The notes under the pieces: generated by a model | Seen by the model: only the letters and a program-made list of their open reading frames with translations | Told to the model about the DNA's origin: nothing | Databases searched by the model: none | Shown here: positions 1 to 13,168 of the stretch, one piece after another | Position numbering within the stretch: position 1 is the first letter of the stretch | Layout of the letters: each line of letters begins with the position of its first letter | Source: Squalus acanthias | Taxonomy: Eukaryota | Length of the DNA: 64,000 nt | Reading direction: 5' to 3' | Assembly (NCBI GenBank): GCA_030390025.1 | Contig: CM059425.1 | Location: 174,778,001 to 174,842,000 of the forward strand | Translations under genes and position numbers: made by a program

Positions 1-679
1 ATTTGAGATGAGTCTTTCTGGATTTTATTTACTGTCCCTTAATAGAAGATTCTTGTTTGTCCATTTCTGATTTATTTTCCATCTTGTCTATAGTTCAAAA
101 TGATCAGAGCAATGAACAGTGACTGAACAAGTAAAATTCTGTTTTTATTACATGATCTTCTGGGGCTTTTACCAATGACTGTTCCATGATTCTGTTTTTC
201 TGTTAAAGCTGAAAGCTAGTAGTCTTGCTTATAATATACAATGGGGTCGATATTCAACAGCAGCAACTTGCATTTATATAGCATCATTAGAAAAACGTCT
301 CCAGGCACTTCAGAGAAGTGCAATCACACAAAAATGAACACCGAGCTAAAGAAGGAGGCTTAGAAATTGGATATGACCCGAAAATGAGCGGTGTCATGGC
401 GCAGCGCTATTTAGCTGCGCTGGTTCAAAGTGGTCCAGGTAGCACGCAAAATTCCTGCTGAGTGCTCATTTGCATAATAAAGTGCTGATCTCGGCGCTAA
501 ATGTAGTGCTGTTTGGCTTACTGCTCAACAGGTGGGCCAAAAGCAGGTGCAGTCTAATTTCAAGTAATGTTTAGCCTCGGCTTTCTCCACTACTTAAAGG
601 GGAAGAGCTTTGATGCAGCAGCACCTCATTGTCATTGCAGTTTGAGATCGAATTGGAATCACACCTGAAGTTGGAAGAC

Positions 680-2506
680 ATGGCTGAGCACCAGCAAAGA
701 AAACGAGCCAGAAGGTTCTCCGATGCAGCTCTGTAGGCACTGGTGGTGACTGTGGAGAGGAGGCGGGTTGTCCTGTTCCCACAAACTGGCAGGAAACCAT
801 CAGCCCAAGCATCGAGAAGGCTCTGGCAAGAGATATGTGGGTACGTGACAGCCAGCACTGTGGTCCCCAGGACATGGATCCAGTGCTATAAGAAGTTTAA
901 TGATCTCACACGGCAGGTCAAGGTGAGTGAAGGCTTCAGCAAATGCCATATCCCACCATCTGCACCACAAGCCTCACTCTGCTCAATGCACCACACCACC
1001 AGCACTCACCTACTAGCAATCTCTACCTTTCACCACTCATACCTCACAATCATAGTTTCACTTCACTCTCACAACTTTAGCACTGCTGCAACTCTCACGC
1101 CCACATCTCACACCTTGCACACACTGACAGCTATTCAACTATGGTAAGCGCATCACCCAAACACATTGCACTACACTCACTGACGCACTTCCCTTTCTCT
1201 TGCAGGCCAAGGTGGCTCACAACCGCCGTGAACAGTGGCAGACGGGAGGCGGCTAAGCCGCAATACAGGCCTTGAGCCAACTGGAGAAGAGCATGCTCGA
1301 CATCATTGGAGGGGAAGTAACCGAGGCCGTGGCAACAGGCAAAGTTGAAGCCCTTGGGGACAATAACAGTATGCTCATTCCTCATCCTTCTTCTCACACT
1401 CACTTCCCCCTCATCCCACAATCTCTTCTCACTTGCAAGCTGTTGATGCTGTATGCACGGATATCTTGCTTTCCCCCCTGCTCCCCATAATCCGACTCTT
1501 GTGCCTTTCTGCTTTCAGATGACCAAGATCTGCCAGCCACCCAGCCTGTCCCCAAAGTAATGGAGGAGAGTGAAGGAGAAAAAGAAGGCACACCGTCACT
1601 GCACCTGACACTCGCAGACCCGAGCTCAGAAACTGGCACTGCACGGAATTTAGAGGGTAGTTTCGATGTGGGATCTGCACACGATGAGGCACCGGGCACA
1701 AGTGGGCTGCAGCAAGGCCAGAGGAAAGGGTACTTGGGGGGCGAGTTCGCACGTGAGTTCTGCTGCACCTCGATGGGGCGGCCTTCAGAAGAAGGGTGAT
1801 GGGCATGCACGCCGAATTGCTAGGTGCAATGGCAAGCCTGCCAAACAGCCTCTTGGCAATGTCAAGGAGCATGGAGGAGTCCGGCTCCAACATTGGACAG
1901 GGCTTTGCGCAGAGCTTGGAGACCATGATTTCCAGACTGAAAATGATCAATAACTCCAGGAGAAACCTTGTCGACTCAGACATGATGCTGTGTGTGATGG
2001 GCGATGTTGTGGCTGCCATTGTAGCACAGGTGGAAACGACCCAACGCCTCTGCTGCACTGGAAGCGTAGACTGCTCTCCTGCTGTCTCAGCTTGCTGCCA
2101 TGCAAGCTCAGACTGCTGCCATCATGGCTGGGTTTACCATTGTCGACCAGGGCTTGCAGGGTATTGCAGCAGGTCAGCAATCTGTCCTACAACAAATTGC
2201 TAGGAATGCTGAGGTGCTGCCTGGGGGAGTGGCAGTGGGTCTGTGGAGCACGAACCTGCAGTCCTCTCTCAGGATGACAGCATTCTTATTCCCACCACTA
2301 CCACGCCACCATTGCCTTTGCCGCTGCCTGTTGGCCAGCCAGCTCAGACTGCTGCCGGCTATGCCGAGGTGGTGCAGTCTACAGCCGGGTCATCTAGGTC
2401 CACAGCTGGTCGAGGTCGTCCTGCAAGGCCTTCTGAAGTGTTCCCCGCCCCCCCCCCCCCGCCAGCCTCCAGGAAACTCAGTAGCCACTGGGAGAGCACT
2501 GCTTAG
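680..2506 (+). pseudogene. Harbinger Myb/SANT (trihelix-like) DNA-binding protein, 3 exons (~680-922, 1206-~1368, 1519-2506), inactivated
   Basis: MAEHQQRKRARRFSDAAL*ALVVTVERRRVVLFP...WQEI...RTWIQCYKKFNDL motif; GT-AG intron 923-1205; in-frame stops and frameshifts. Confidence 0.8.
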
Positions 2507-2753
2507 GAACACCAAGTAGGAAAGGGCACACGAACGACAGGCACTAAGGGATAGCACAAGGGTGATTAGTTGATATTGTAATGTAAATTGAATAGTGATA
2601 AATCTATTAATTTTGGTTGGAATGTTTGTTTTGTGGTGGCTCTCATTTCAACTTTGTGCCCAGGAGGACGCTGTGATATTCTGTGACAGAGGGATGGTAT
2701 GATGGGAATGTGGTTGATGGGATGTGGTGAGCAACGGGGATCTGGGGTTTCAT

Positions 2754-3897
2754 TCACTGGAATCGGAGTCTTATGAGGCGTTCACGGACAGCGGTGGGGG
2801 GGATTTGCTGCCTTCCTCCTTGTCCTCTTCCTCTTGCTCCTCTTGCTCTTACTCCTCCTCTTCCTCTCCCTTGTCCTCTTCCTGAGGTGGTCCTGCAATT
2901 CCTGTTGGCAAAGTCTGCGCCCTCGTGATGACCAAGTTGTGCAGCATGCAACAGACCACCACGAAATGGGACAACTGCTCCGCTAAGTACTGGAGGGTTC
3001 CTCCCGAGCGGTTAAGGCAGCAGAACCTTTATTTCAGCAAGCCGATGGTCTGCTTGATGATGTTCTGGTGGCATCATGGCTCTCATTATATGAGTGCTGG
3101 GCACGAGTGTTGGGGTTGCGGAGGGGAGTCATGAGGCAGGTGCAGAGCGGATAGCCCTTGTCTCCGAGCAGCCACCCTCGGGTTTGACTTGGTGGCTGGA
3201 AGATTGCTGGCACACCGGACTGACGCAGGATGAAGTCATCATGACTGCTGCCAGGATAGCAGGCATTGACCATCAGGATGCGCTGGGCGTGGTTGCACAG
3301 CGACTACACATTAAGTGAGTGGTAGCTTTTGCGGTTATGGAACATCTCAGGATTGTTATGCGGCGCCTGCAAAGCCACATGGGTGCAGTCAATGAAGCCT
3401 TGCACCATGGGGAAGCCCGCTATCCTGGCAAAACTACATGCGCAGTCCTCCTGCTGCTTCTGCTCAAAGAGAGGACAATGTAGTCCCTTCTCCTGGTATG
3501 GAGTGCCTTTGTGACCTTCCGGTTTCAGCGATGGATGGTAAACTGGGAGATGTTAGCTATGTCTCCTGCTGCAGACTTGAAGGATCCGCTGGCGAAGAAA
3601 TTGAGGGCCACTGGGAGAGCCGTGTTCACCATGCTCTGAGGCTCCAGGTCTGGTTGCAGGAGGTGGCAAGCTCTGTGACCACTTCCTTGGTGAAGCGGAG
3701 CCTCCAAAAACAATGCTCCTGATTTAAGTGGAGATAAGAGAAGCGCTCTCTGAAGACCCTAGGTGGGTAAAGCCTCCTATTGAGAGCCCTCCTGGCGCTC
3801 CTCCTCCTCCCTCTGCGGGCATCTTCTCTTCTTCACTGCCTCCGCTCCCTCTCCGGAAGTACTCGAACGCGAGGGGGACTGCCAGTAGAGCTCCCAT
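2754..3897 (-). pseudogene. Harbinger DDE transposase (HARBI1-like), frameshifted
   Basis: Fragments VALNFFASGSF, VNACYPGSSHDDFILRQS and GWLLGDKGYPLCTCLMTPLRNP...YNESH, then an acidic tail; split across frames. Confidence 0.88.
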
Positions 3898-3974
3898 GAC
3901 GGTGAGCAAGTGTTGTGAGCAGAAGCCTTTGAATAAGAATGAAGGCATTCTCCACTTGCACTAACATTCCCTGC

Positions 3975-4420
3975 TGAAGGTGGGGCAAAGGGAAGGTAGA
4001 TGCACAAGAGGCAAGAGTTGAAGGAACAGTGTTCTTAGGGTAGGTTGTAGGGCTAGAGGAGGTTAGAGATAGTGATGGGCAAGGCAATGAAGGGATTTAA
4101 ACATGACTATGACAATTTTACATTGGTGACATTGGGAAACCAGCAGCCAATGTAGTTCAGCAAGCACTGCAGTGATGGATGACTAACTTGGTGTGGTATA
4201 GGATATGGGTCACAAAATTTTGGATGAGCTGAAATTTACAGTGCGTGGAAGATGGGAGGTTGGACAGGAGAGCATTGGAATAGTTGAATCTGAAGGTGAC
4301 AAAGGCATGGATAACAAGTTCAGCATGAAGTGGGCAGTGGTGGTCGGCAATGTTGCAGAAGTGGAAGTAGGCGGTATTTGTGATAGAGAGAATATGGGGT
4401 CAGAAGCTCAACTCCGGGTC
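3975..4420 (-). mobile_element. Old L2 LINE fragment (also 255-356 and 7530-7960), split by younger insertions
   Basis: Colinear similarity to the better-preserved L2 copies at 7972-8760 and 38058-38850. Confidence 0.6.
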
Positions 4421-7400
4421 AAATTTTTTTTAACGTTCCTGGGATGTGGGCATCGCTGGCAAGGCCACTATTTATTGCTCATCCCTAAATGCCCTTGAGA
4501 AGGTGGTGGTGAGCCGCGTTCTTGAATCGCTGCAGTCAGTGTGGTGAAGGTACTCCCATAATGCTGTTAGGGAGTGAGTTCAAGGATTTTGACCCAGCAA
4601 CGATGAAGGAATGACGATATATTTCCATGATGCGGAGATAGTCCAACAGCTTTATTTGAAATCACAAGCTTTCGGAGCGCTGCTCCTTCGTCAGGTGAAG
4701 CGCTCCGAAAGCTTGTGATTTCAAATAAAGCTGTTGGACTATAACCTGGTGATATATTTCCAAGTCAAGATGGTGTGTAACTTGGAAGGGAACTTGCAGG
4801 TGATGGTGTTCCCATGCACCTGCTGCCCTTGTCCTTCTAGGTGGTAGAGGTCGTGGGTTTGGGAGGTGCTGCCAAAGAAGCCTTGGCGAGTTGCTGCAGT
4901 GCATCTTGTAGATGGTACATGCTGCAGCCATGGTGCTCCGGTGGTGAAGGGAGTGAATGTTTAAGGTGATGGATGGGGTGCCAATCAAACAGGCTGCTTT
5001 GCCCTGGATGGTGTCGAGCTTCTTGAAATTTTGTTGGAGCTGCACTCATCCAGGCAAGTGGAGATTATTCCATCACACTCCTTACTTGTGCCTTGTAGAT
5101 GGTGGAAAGGCTTTGGGGAGTCAGGAGATGAGACACTCGCCGCAGAATACCTAGCCTCTGACCTGCTCTTGTTGCCACAGTATTTATGTGGCTGGTCCAG
5201 TTAAGTTTCTGGTCAATGGTGACCCCCCAGGATGTTGATGGTGGGGGGATTCGACGATGGTAATGCCATTGAATGTCAAGGAGAGGTGGTTTAACTCTCG
5301 CTTGTTGGAGATAGTCATTGCCTGGCACTTGTGTGGCGCGAATGTTACTTGCCACTTATCAGCCCAAGCATGGTTGTCTTCCAGGTCTTGCTGCATGCAG
5401 GCATGAACTGCTTCATTATCAGTTGTGAATGGAACTGAACACTGTGCAATCATCAGCAAACATCCCCACTTCTGATCTCTTGGTGGACGGAAGGTCATTG
5501 ATGAAGCAGCTGAAGATGGTTGGGCCTAGGACACTGCCCTGAGGAACTCATGCAGCGATGTCCTGGGGCTGAGATGATTGACCTCCAACAATCACACCCA
5601 TCTTCCTTTGTGTTAGGTATGACTCCAGCCATTGGAGAGTTTTCCCCCCGATTCCCACTGACTTCAGTTTTACTAGCGCTCCTTGATGCCACACTCAGTC
5701 AAATGCTGCCTTGATGTCAAGGGCAGTCACTCTCACCTCACCTCTGGAATTCAGCTCTTTTGTCCATGTTTGGACCAAGGCTGCAATGATGTCTGGAGCT
5801 GAATGGTCCTGGCGGAACCTGAACTGAACACCGGTGAGCAGGTGAGTAAGTGCCACTTGATAGCACTGTTGACGACACCTTCCATCACTTTGCTGATGAT
5901 TGAGAGTAGACTGATTTGGCGGTAATTGGCCGGTTTGGATTTGTGGACAGGACATACCTGGGCAGTTTTCCACATTGTCGGGTAGATGCCAGTGTTGTAG
6001 CTGTACTGGAACAGCTAGGCTAGCGGCGTGGCTAGTTCTGGAGCACAAGTATTCAGCACAACAGCTGGGATGTTGTCAGGGCCCAAAGCCTTTGCTGTAT
6101 TCAGTGTGCTCAGCCATTTATTGATATCATGTGGAGTGAATCGAATTGGCTGAAAACTGGCTTCTGTGATGGTAGGGACCTCAGGATGAGGCTAATGTGG
6201 ATCATCCGCTCAGCACTTCTGGCTGAAGATGGTTGCAAACGCTTCAGCCTTGTCTTTTGCACTCCCGTGCTGGGCTCCGCCATCATTGAGGATGGGGATA
6301 TTCATGGAGCCGCCTCCTCCCGTTAGTTGTTTATTTGTCCATCACTATTCACGACTGGATGTGGCAGGACTGCAAAGCTTTGATCTAATCCGTTGATTGT
6401 GGGATCGCTTAGCTCTGTCTATAGCATGCTGCTTCTGTTGTTTAGCATGCATGTAGTCCTGTGTTGCAGCTTCCCCAGGTTGGCACCTCATTTTTAGGTA
6501 TGCCTGGTGCTGCTCCTGGCATGCTCTTCGGCACTCTTCAGTGAACCAGGGTTGGTCCCCTGGCTTGATGGTAATGGTAGAGTGAGGTATATGCCGGGCC
6601 ATGAGGTTACAAATTGTGCTGGGATACAATTCTACTGCTGCTGATGGCCCACAGCGCCTCATGTCTGCCCAGTTTTGAGCTGCTAGATCTGTTCTGCATC
6701 TATCCCATTTAGCATGGTGGTAGTGCCACACAGCACGATTGCGGGTGTTCTCAGTGTAAAGATGGGACTTCGTCTCCACAAGGACTGTGCGGTGGTCACT
6801 GCTACCAATGCTGTCATGGACAGATGCATCTGCAACAGGTAGATTGGTGAGGACGAGGTCAAGTAGGTTTTTCCCTCATGTTGGTTCTCTCACCAACTGC
6901 CACAGGCCCAGTCTGGCAACTATGTCCTTCAGGATTCAGCCAGCTTGGTCAGTAGTGGTGCTACTGAGCCACTCTTGGTGATGGACATTGAAGTCCCCCA
7001 CCCAGAGTACATTCTGTGCCCTTGCTACCCTCAGTAATGCTTCCAAGTGATGTTCAACATGGAGGAGTACTGATTCATCAGCTGAAGTAGGGTGGTAGGT
7101 GGCAATCAGCAGTAGGTTTCCTTGCCCATGCTTGACCTGAAGCGTTGAGACTTCATATGGTCCGGAGTCAACGTTGAGGATTTCCAGGGCCACTCCTTCC
7201 CGACTGTGTACCACTGTGCCGCCACCCCTGGTGGGTCTGTCCTCCCGGTGGGACAGGACATATCCAGGGATGGTGATGGAGGAGTCTGGGACATTGTCTG
7301 AAAGGTATGATTCTGTGAGTATGACTAGTCTGCAGGACAGCTCTCCCAATTTTGGCACAAGACCCGAGATGTTTGTGATGAGGACTTTGCAGAGTCGAAT

Positions 7401-7530
7401 GGGCTGGGTGTGCCGTTGTCGTGTTCGAAGCTGGTGCCTAGGTTGATGCCGGGTGGTCCGTCCGGTTTTATTATTTTTTGTCGCGGTTTGTTACAACTGA
7501 GTGGCTTGCTAGGCCATTTCAGAGGGCAGT
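4421..7530 (-). mobile_element. Near full-length non-LTR retrotransposon (APE endonuclease + RT), decayed; clade not determined
   Basis: APE motifs LVILTESYL and LWVGDFNVHHQEW; RT motifs NYRQISLLSIISKVME and VTALDIKAAFD; C-terminal IYKAQVRSVME; A-rich 3' tail at ~4421-4432. Confidence 0.85.
4628..4750. mobile_element. Penelope-like element terminal fragment forming a perfect 44-bp hairpin, 12-bp TSD
   Basis: Arms 4638-4681 and 4699-4742 are exact reverse complements; GATATATTTCCA is duplicated at 4616-4627 and 4751-4762; - strand reads CTGACGA-aGGAGCagcGCTCC-GAAA. Confidence 0.8.
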
Positions 7531-7971
7531 CAATAGTCGGATAGCAATGTTACGAATGTCAGCCTGAGATAGTGGCCTGTGGCTTGGAATGGATGGTAAC
7601 AGTACGGAGTTTGTGGCAGGGGCCCAAGGCAATGACTTTGGTTTTCCCAAGGCTTAATTGAGGAAATTGGAGGCCATCCACGACAGGATGTCAGACCAGC
7701 AGTCTGACAGCACAGAGACAGTGAAGAGAACCGGAAAGTTGGTAGAGAGGTAGAGCTGAGTGTTGTCAGCGTACATCTGGAAGCTGATCTAATCTCTGTG
7801 GATGATGTCTCCAAGTGATAGTATATAGATGAGGAAGAGGAGGGGGCCAAGGGCAGATCCTTCGGGGTCTCCAGAGGTAATATTGCTGGGACGGTGTAGG
7901 ATTGCTTGCTCTCCTGGACACTACTGTTAACAACCTGGGAGAAAAGCAGAACTGCACATCTATGTACCTCA

Positions 7972-8760
7972 GACAACAACAACTTGTATTTGTATAGCGC
8001 CTTTAACGTCGTAAAATGTCCCAAGGCGCTTCACAGGAGTATTTTAAGAAAAAATAATTTGACACCGAGCCACATAAGGAGAAATTAGGGCAGGTGACCA
8101 AAAGCTTGGTCAAAGAGGTAGGTTTCAAGAAGCGTCTTAAAGGCGGAAAGAGAGGTAGAGAGGCGGAGAGGTTTAGGCAGGGAATTCCAGAGCTTAGGGC
8201 CTAGGCAACAGAAGGCGCAGCCACCAATGGTTGAGCGATTATAATCAGGGATGCTCGAGGGCAGAATTAGAGGAGCGCAGATATCTCTGGGTGGGGCGAG
8301 GGGGGGTGGTTGTGGGGCTGAAGGAGATTACAGAGATAGGGAGGGGTGAGGCCATGGAGGGATTTGAAAACAAGGATGAGAATTTTGAAATCGAGGCGTT
8401 GCTGAACCGGGAGCCAATGAGCACAGGGGTGATGGGTGAACAGGACTTGGTGCGCGTTAGGACACGGGCAGCCGAGTTTTGGATGAACTCAAGTGTACGT
8501 AGGGTAGAATGTGGGAGGCCAGCCAGGAGTGCGTTGGAATAGTCAAGTCTAGAGATAACAAAGACATGGATGAGGGTTTCGGCAGCAGATGAGCTGAGGC
8601 AAGGGCGGAGACGGGCAATGTTACGGAGGTGGAAGTAGGCGGTCTTAGTTATGCCGCAGATATGTGGTCGGAAACTAATTTCAGGGTCAAATATGGCGCC
8701 AAAGTTGCAAACAGTGTGGTTCACCCTCAAACAGATGTTAGGGAGAGGGATGGAGTCAAG
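7972..8760 (-). mobile_element. L2 LINE 3' portion
   Basis: ORF 8245..8730 FHLRNIARLRPCLSSSAAETLIHVFVISRLDYSNALLAGLP; (TTG)n tail at ~7972-7984. Confidence 0.85.
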
Positions 8761-9354
8761 TCAGACTTTGAGAGGAGAGAAAACCTTGGAAATATCGTCA
8801 TAAAGGCGGGAAAGGCCCTGCACAGGGCGGGAGGGTGGGACCAATTTAAAGGTGAATAATTAACCTTCAGCTCTGTAGCATTCTCATTCCCACCTCAATC
8901 TAAATTACCAACACGAAGTTCTGAAAAGGGTATTGAGCCAGATTGATCACATGGGTGCAATTGATTGCCAGGAAGGGACAGGGGCACGACCAGGATAATG
9001 GGCAAAAGCAGAGGCCGGCAGCAGTGAGAAATGATTGAAAAGACAGGTACTGTGCGGGAATATGAAGGGAAAACAGGGAGGATGATAGAAACACAGGGAA
9101 TATGAAGGTAAATTGATTTGGAATAATGGAAGGCTCGCTCTTGGTAGAGAAAACAATTTCAGCCGGACCCCAAAAACAACTTTGAAAATGGGTTACGCAG
9201 ACTTGCTTTGATTTATAAATGATTTTGTAATTCATCTCATTAAAATCTTTCTAATGTACAAAACAAAAAGACTGCAATATTTTATTCGGTCCTAATGATA
9301 TGAGACACTCAACCACGTTAAATATAATATCATTTGCAAACAGTGGGCAAACAT

Positions 9355-10630
9355 CATGTAATCAATGTCATGTGATCACACTGGATTGTACAGTGGAGGA
9401 GAGGCGTTAGAGGCGGGTGGTGTGCTTGGGCTGCATAGAGGATGAGGAGGGAAAGTGCACCACAGTCACAGTAACAGAGGATGCCATTTGTGCCTCTGAA
9501 TAGGGTCGTTACAGTGCTGTTGGAAAGATTCAAGCATAGAGTTGTGGGAAAGATGGGTCTGGATTTGGGAGACAACAACACATTCAAGGACTTTGGGGGG
9601 GAAAGGGAGGTTGAAGATGGGGTGGTTGTTTCTGAAGACATAGAAAAAGAGGTTGAGGAAGGATTTTTTGAGAAATGGTGGGGTGATGATGACTGTTTGG
9701 AAGGGGAGAGGACCATTTACAACAGCAGCTCGCATGGGGGCCAACAAAGGAAATGGGTGATCAGCATTTTGGGAGGAATGGGGTCAAGGGATCAGGAGGG
9801 GAGTCTGAGGGACAAGATGAGCGGGCATGAGGGAACATGGGAGAAACTAGAGAAAGAGGCAGAATCGGGTTGGGCAGGGGGGTGCTTCTGGGAAGGATTC
9901 GCTTGGTGGGGAAGGGAGAAGCAGCAGAATTAACTACACAGATGCTCTCAATCTCAGTGACATGGAAGTCCATGAGCTCCTCGCAATAATTGGAAATGTG
10001 GGTGGAGGGGAGAGAGATTTAAGGAGACGGTTAGTAGTGGAGAAAAGAAGCCGGGGTTATCTTTGCTCCAGGATAATCTTGGTGTAGCAGGCATTTTTGG
10101 CAGAGGAGAGTGACGCCTGATATTGCTTGTTGCTTCAGCCAGATCTGGTGACGGATGGTTAAACCTGTTGTGCATCAGATACACTTATGTATGTTCTCCT
10201 TGGACTTGAGAGCGACGATGGAGGCTATACCAGGTGGAACCAGTAACAAAGTGAAAGTTTTGCTGGGGATAAGGGTATCGAAGATGGAGGTGAGTGAGTG
10301 GTTAAGCAGATCGAAGTATTGTGGCAAATTGGGGCCAAAAGCTAGGCAGTTGGGAATTTGCAAGTGCAGTTGTAAGTCCTGTTTGATGAATCCAGATACA
10401 TTTTTGAGGAGGTCACTAATAAGATCGATAAGTGAGTGTCTATGGATGTTATCTATTTGGATTTCCAGAAGGCATTCGATAAAGTTCTGCAGAAGAGACC
10501 GTTAACAAAAGTGAGAGCGCATGGTACTCAAGGTAGCCTTTTGACTTGGGCTGGAAATTGATTGGGAGGTAGGAGACAAAGAGTGGGGATAAAGGGTACG
10601 TACTCTGATTGGCGGGATGTGATAAGTGGT
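9355..10630. mobile_element. Degraded L2 RT fragment (-, ~9355-10380) followed by a CR1 RT fragment (+, ~10390-10630)
   Basis: Residual motif NHPIFNLPFPPKVLECVV; degraded CR1 YLDFQKAFDK-like sequence at ~10450-10485. Confidence 0.6.
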
Positions 10631-11219
10631 CACATCCTCATCAATCCAAGATACACACAACATCCCCACAACTGCTAACTTCCCTGACTCTCTTAACTGT
10701 TCCCATACCCAACCCTAAATTATTACAAATACAGCTGCCCCTCTTCCCAACAGCCGCCTTGTTTGCCATGAGCAACACCACTAAAGATGCACTTCATTAA
10801 ACAACACCATGTCTTCTCACTTCCTGAGAGCAATGGAGATCAAATAGCGATATAAAACCATGCATCTAGTGCAATTTCCAGTACATGGTTAAGTGTCACC
10901 ACAACAACAACTTGGATTTGCTTCTGTCCTTAATGTAAGAAAAATTCCAAAGCGCTTCACAGATGGCATAAAGGGGACTTGCGCTGACCAGGAAGGCAGA
11001 GATTAGGGTGACCAAAGCTTGGTCGAAGAGGAATTTTGAGAAGGTTTTTAATGGAGGCTGTGGCAAAATGAGGGACACGTACAAAAGGTGAGCGTCAGAG
11101 GAGCAGTGTTTTTGGGGTGGGAGGATATCAGGCTGGAGCTGCAGAGATGTAGGGCAGTGCCATGGAAGGATTCACAAATGAAGATGAGAACTTTAAATTT
11201 AATGGCCTGTGTACTCTGA

Positions 11220-11965
11220 TGCCTACAGGTGTGTACGAGCTGTGTACACACCCGTAGGGACATCGGAAATGCCGGTTTCAGGCATGTGAAGCGCATGTGC
11301 TGAAAACCGGCATTTCCGATCTGTCAAGAATCCTCTTGACAGATTGGACGCCTGCCCTGGAGAAGGGCCTCTGCGGGTGGAGAGTTCCACTTTCTGCAGA
11401 ACCTCTGCCTGCTGAAAACCCTTAGAAATCTTACGCTTGGTAAAAGCAGGTGTAAGGCCTGCTTTTACCAGCATAAGAGTTTAAAAAAGTAAAAAAAAAA
11501 TGTTTTTCACTCATGTATAATTTAAAAATACTTTTAAAAAAGGTAAGTTTATTTTTAGCCCCGTAAAAAAACTTTTAATTATTTTTTCAAAAAATTAAAT
11601 TTTTGCTTAAAATATTTAATTTAATGTAAATTTAACTCATTTTAAAAACTTGATTTTTTTTTTAAATTTATTTAATGTTTTAGTGTCTTTTTTCAGTGAT
11701 CCCCATTCATACTTTTGACAGTTCTATCTGTCAAAAGTATGAAGGGGGATTCCCTTCTTTCATTGGCTCGTCTGGCTCATGTGGTCCCAGGGACGCTTGC
11801 GAATCGCATACGCCCCGGGATACGTGGGCCCTGCGCATTTCGACTGTGGCGAGGCCCAGGAGCGGAAGTGTCCGGACCTCGGGAGCCCTCGGTTAAGTGC
11901 GGAGATTTATTTCCGATAGGAGGCAACCGTACGCAGGAAGCCTCCTATCGGAAATTACGGGCTAA
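11220..11965. mobile_element. Non-autonomous DNA transposon (MITE-like); inverted relative of 52847-54054
   Basis: GC-rich ends with an AT-rich core; shared internal palindrome TGGTAAAAGCAGG...CCTGCTTTTACCA; right end GGAAATTACGGGCTA. Confidence 0.65.
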
Positions 11966-12434
11966 TGTATTGGGCACAGTGAACTAATGTGTAGGTTAGT
12001 GAGGATGGGGTAGATAGACAAGTGGAACTTACTACAGGACAGGATATGTGCAGCATTGGTTTGAACACAGTGTATGGATGGTGGGAGACCAGCAATGAGT
12101 GCGCTGAAGTCGTGCAAACTTTTATATTGTGCTTACAAAAAGTATAAAGAAACAGGCCGTCCTGTGAAATGTACCAAGACCCCAGCTATTGAAAATACGG
12201 TAAATGACCAGTAGCCAGAATGTCTGATCCTGACTGATTTTACAAGTCACACTGAAAAACAGAAAGCAGGTCTGGGTCCTGACCTGCAGCTTGAAGAGCC
12301 ATTAAACATTAAACTCACACAGTGTTTACTTAACAGTAAATATACTTTATAGCCTTGGAGGGACATAATTTCATCTTAGAAGCAGGATCATGTATTTTGC
12401 AATAAATAGTGCAATTCTCCTGTCCTTATAAAGA

Positions 12435-13168
12435 GCCTGCTGGAATTTGCTGGTCCTGAAGTATGCATCGCACAAGGATCTTGCGATCCTTGTGTCGCGA
12501 ACTTCGGGTTTTCCGGCCTTCAATTCAAATTAACCAAGTATATTGGAGATCTCCTTGTGCAAACTGCTGTGACGTCAATAAGCTGTCTAAGCAGCCAATC
12601 AAAATGCAGAATTCTCACAGACAGCGAACTAGGAAGTGAGTAAGCTCTTAAAATTCTAACTTTTAAAAATTTTAGAGAGAGCAAAAGAAAGATTGGGGCC
12701 TCATGTGGGGAAAAGGCAAACCTGAAATAAAGATGGGCAAACTTCAAAGAAAAATTAAAAACCATTTTTTGAAAAGTTTCTTAATTTTAATTTTTTATTA
12801 AAATGGACAAATTTCACACTTCACAAAATTAAAATTAGTTTTCCAGGCCATTAACATTTGTTTAGCAGTAATAATGCTGTTAAAACCCCAGTTACACCTG
12901 ATCCCTTTGGGTCTAACTTTTAGTGGGGAATTTAACAGCATAATTACTGCGGAAGAGCCGAAGTTTTCATCAATTTCCCAGATTTGGGTGATTACACAGA
13001 TTGCTGGCTCTGTGGGGTGGGGCACAGCGCAGCCTGTTTCGGAGCTGTGAATGACAGACTGCAACTTCAGGATTTCCGCATGCCATCCCGAAATTGCGGT
13101 CATTTCCAAAGGTGGAATGACGGCGAACGCTGCCAGTTCGCTGTCATTCCAACCGCAAATTCCGGGCC
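12435..13168. mobile_element. MITE-like element; inverted copy of 31912-32692
   Basis: Imperfect TIRs (GGAATTTGC ... GCAAATTCCGGGCC); end-to-end similarity to the 31912 copy. Confidence 0.75.

Larger units (their letters stand above)
357..3965. mobile_element. PIF/Harbinger DNA transposon copy 1 (decayed; convergent Myb/SANT gene and DDE nuclease gene)
   Basis: Left end GGCTTAGAAATTGG; + strand Myb/SANT-like exons face a - strand HARBI1-type nuclease; colinear with the copy at 20638-24200; inserted into an L2 remnant; right TIR not found. Confidence 0.85.
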
